This document shows positions 62,001 to 64,000 of a DNA stretch of 64,000 bases, piece by piece. Position 1 is the stretch's first letter. Every line of letters starts with the position of its first letter. The stretch is from the human T2T-CHM13v2.0 reference genome, Homo sapiens, in the NCBI RefSeq assembly GCF_009914755.1, contig NC_060927.1. One strand, 5' to 3'. The translations under genes were made by a program, and so were the position numbers. The notes below the pieces were generated by a model. The model was given only the letters and a program-made list of their open reading frames with translations, ran no database searches and was not told the DNA's origin.

Positions 62001-62200
62001 GCACAAATAGTAACCTGCAATATCCATTCCTCTTTTCTGCCTTCCTGGTAAAGCGAGATTTATTTGTGTTTGTACCTTTCCTCCCACAGATCAAAGTTAA
62101 AACCTGAATAATCCTATTCCTCTTGATGGTGATTGCTTTAACTATGAGCAAATAAACACTTTCTGGATAATGCTGGAAATATTTTTCTACTGAGGTCTGA
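59040..62200 (-). other. Candidate decayed bornavirus-like M(3' part)-G sequence split by an L1 (unconfirmed)
   Basis: Non-repeat islands with stop-poor minus frames; by-eye blocks against recalled BoDV M and G (VEKYFQ, RYNCK, CKIVSQ, SILSSSYRNTSVKL, IRLNKA, VTSNSIGS-WVRI). Confidence 0.3.
60135..61742 (-). mobile_element. 5'-truncated L1PA15/16- or L1PB-like element
   Basis: cagggggtacatgtgcaggtttgttac 3' end; antisense ORF2 ([12 protein letters not shown]). Confidence 0.9.
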
Positions 62201-63133
62201 AGTAAGGGTAAGCTGATATGTATAATTTCATTTAACCCTCCCCAAACCACCAATTAGATACTGTTAGCTGCTTCTTTCATAGACTAGAAAACTGAGGTTG
62301 AAGATGCTAAATAATCATACCACTCAATAAATGCTGAAATGCATTGTGCAAATAATTTCCATAGAGGAAATAATATAGTAAAATTATATCAAATCTGATA
62401 TTGTTACATGGAGAAGCTTAATGACTTTTTTTATTAGATTCTTTCTCAAGTTAAATGAAGCTATACATTAAAATATATCAGATTCTGGTAATAATATCAG
62501 ATGGTGTTTCTACCTTTGCAATTACTGAACTCCATACATACCAAGTTCTCTCTCAGGGCAGTATCCATGCTGTATCTCCAATTCTTAGCACATCATTTGA
62601 GTGCCTGCCCTCAATAAAGTTGGTTAACTGACTAAAAGAGTAAATTCTGAAAATTTTGTTTTGCAACTTCCTGAATGCATCAGGCTGTTGTGCAGTTGAG
62701 TTCTTGAACAAAATGAAAAAAATATAATGATACAAAACATGATTTAATCATTAAATAAAACTGGCCTGCATTAAGGAAATGACTGGTCTTGTCTAAATAG
62801 AACTATTTCAGTCTCCTAAGAGAAGCATCAGCTCAGCAAACAATAACCTAATGATTAAACATTATGTAAATAACCTTTAAAGATAATGATTTTACATAAA
62901 GATTGTGATTTACATAAAGATTACGATTTTAACTGATATTATCAAAGGTTTTATTTCTATTATTTTTCCAACTGTCATCTTTTCTAACCAATTTTCCCAA
63001 GGCTAGGGAGAGGAAATAGTAACATTTCTGTATCAAATATTTTGTAAGTTTTAAAGTTAATTACATGAAGAACCCAAAAACTTATGTTTTAGCTCTCATT
63101 TTAGAGTCTCAAACATTGATAAACCAAGCATAA

Positions 63134-63456
<323 letters not shown>

Positions 63457-64000
63457 CATTGTTTCTTCTCACTATTCTGGCTACCTCATAAAGTACAATA
63501 CCAAACTGTAATTTTGTATTAGAATTTCTCATTATACTTGTAAAGACCTATAAAATTTACTAATTGCCTGTGACATTTGTAAAGATCTTAGAAATGAGGA
63601 TATGCTATACATCTTCCTTTTTAAAATTCTTTTTTCTAAACTTGCAAAAATTTAATCTTAATACATATCTATAGTTATACCCAACCAATAATCTATACAT
63701 ATATTTCATTTCAAAAATCAACATAATAAATTGTCATTTACCAACCTTTACTACTGTGTTAACATAGAATATTTTCCTTAATTTCTAATTCATTTTGTAA
63801 TCAGCTTCTTCCTTATAGCTTTGGGAATGTTAACTGGTGAGCTTCAATCAAGTATATTTTGCTACATTTTAAGAATGACAGGCACTGAATGTTCTGTTGT
63901 ATTGTTTGGGGCCATCATATCAAGTTTTCTTAAATTTTTTTTTCTGTAGCCATATTGGCAGCGGGAAGACTCATGAAGCAATTTCCAAAAGAAATTGCTT

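Noticed and set aside
62205-62300. M-like block VWGG..ISLPLL at the start of ORF 61888-62253
   Set aside because: This DNA is better explained as a MIR fragment (gagggttaaatgaaattatacat)
63951-63975. HIGSGKT Walker-A-like peptide
   Set aside because: Lacks the first Gly of GxxxxGKT, is truncated by the window and is out of frame with the upstream candidate exon

Overview
This is AT-rich, repeat-dense human genomic DNA (an intact AluYa5 at 54091-54399 indicates human), intronic or intergenic in character. It has no intact protein-coding gene, and most ORF-track entries are Alu, L1 or LTR translation artefacts. Main content: a full-length but inactivated ~6.4 kb L1PA8-like element (28453-34862), about 16 Alu/FLAM copies, many older L1M/L2/MIR fragments, MaLR/ERV solo LTRs and hAT DNA transposons, often nested. 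The most interesting candidate lies in the non-repeat islands on the minus strand. Once intervening TEs are removed, ~62.2-59.0 kb gives colinear weak matches to bornavirus M and G. Likewise ~42.1-38.9 kb gives weak matches to bornavirus L (RdRp), including EGM and GQ-(t)-EDN near motifs B and C. Together these could be an ancient, TE-shattered endogenous bornavirus-like M-G-L element. This is a hypothesis only: the reference proteins were recalled from memory, the alignments need frameshifts, and the same DNA also gave matches of similar quality to unrelated viral proteins. A profile search is needed. Repeat subfamily calls and the boundaries of old elements are by eye and approximate.
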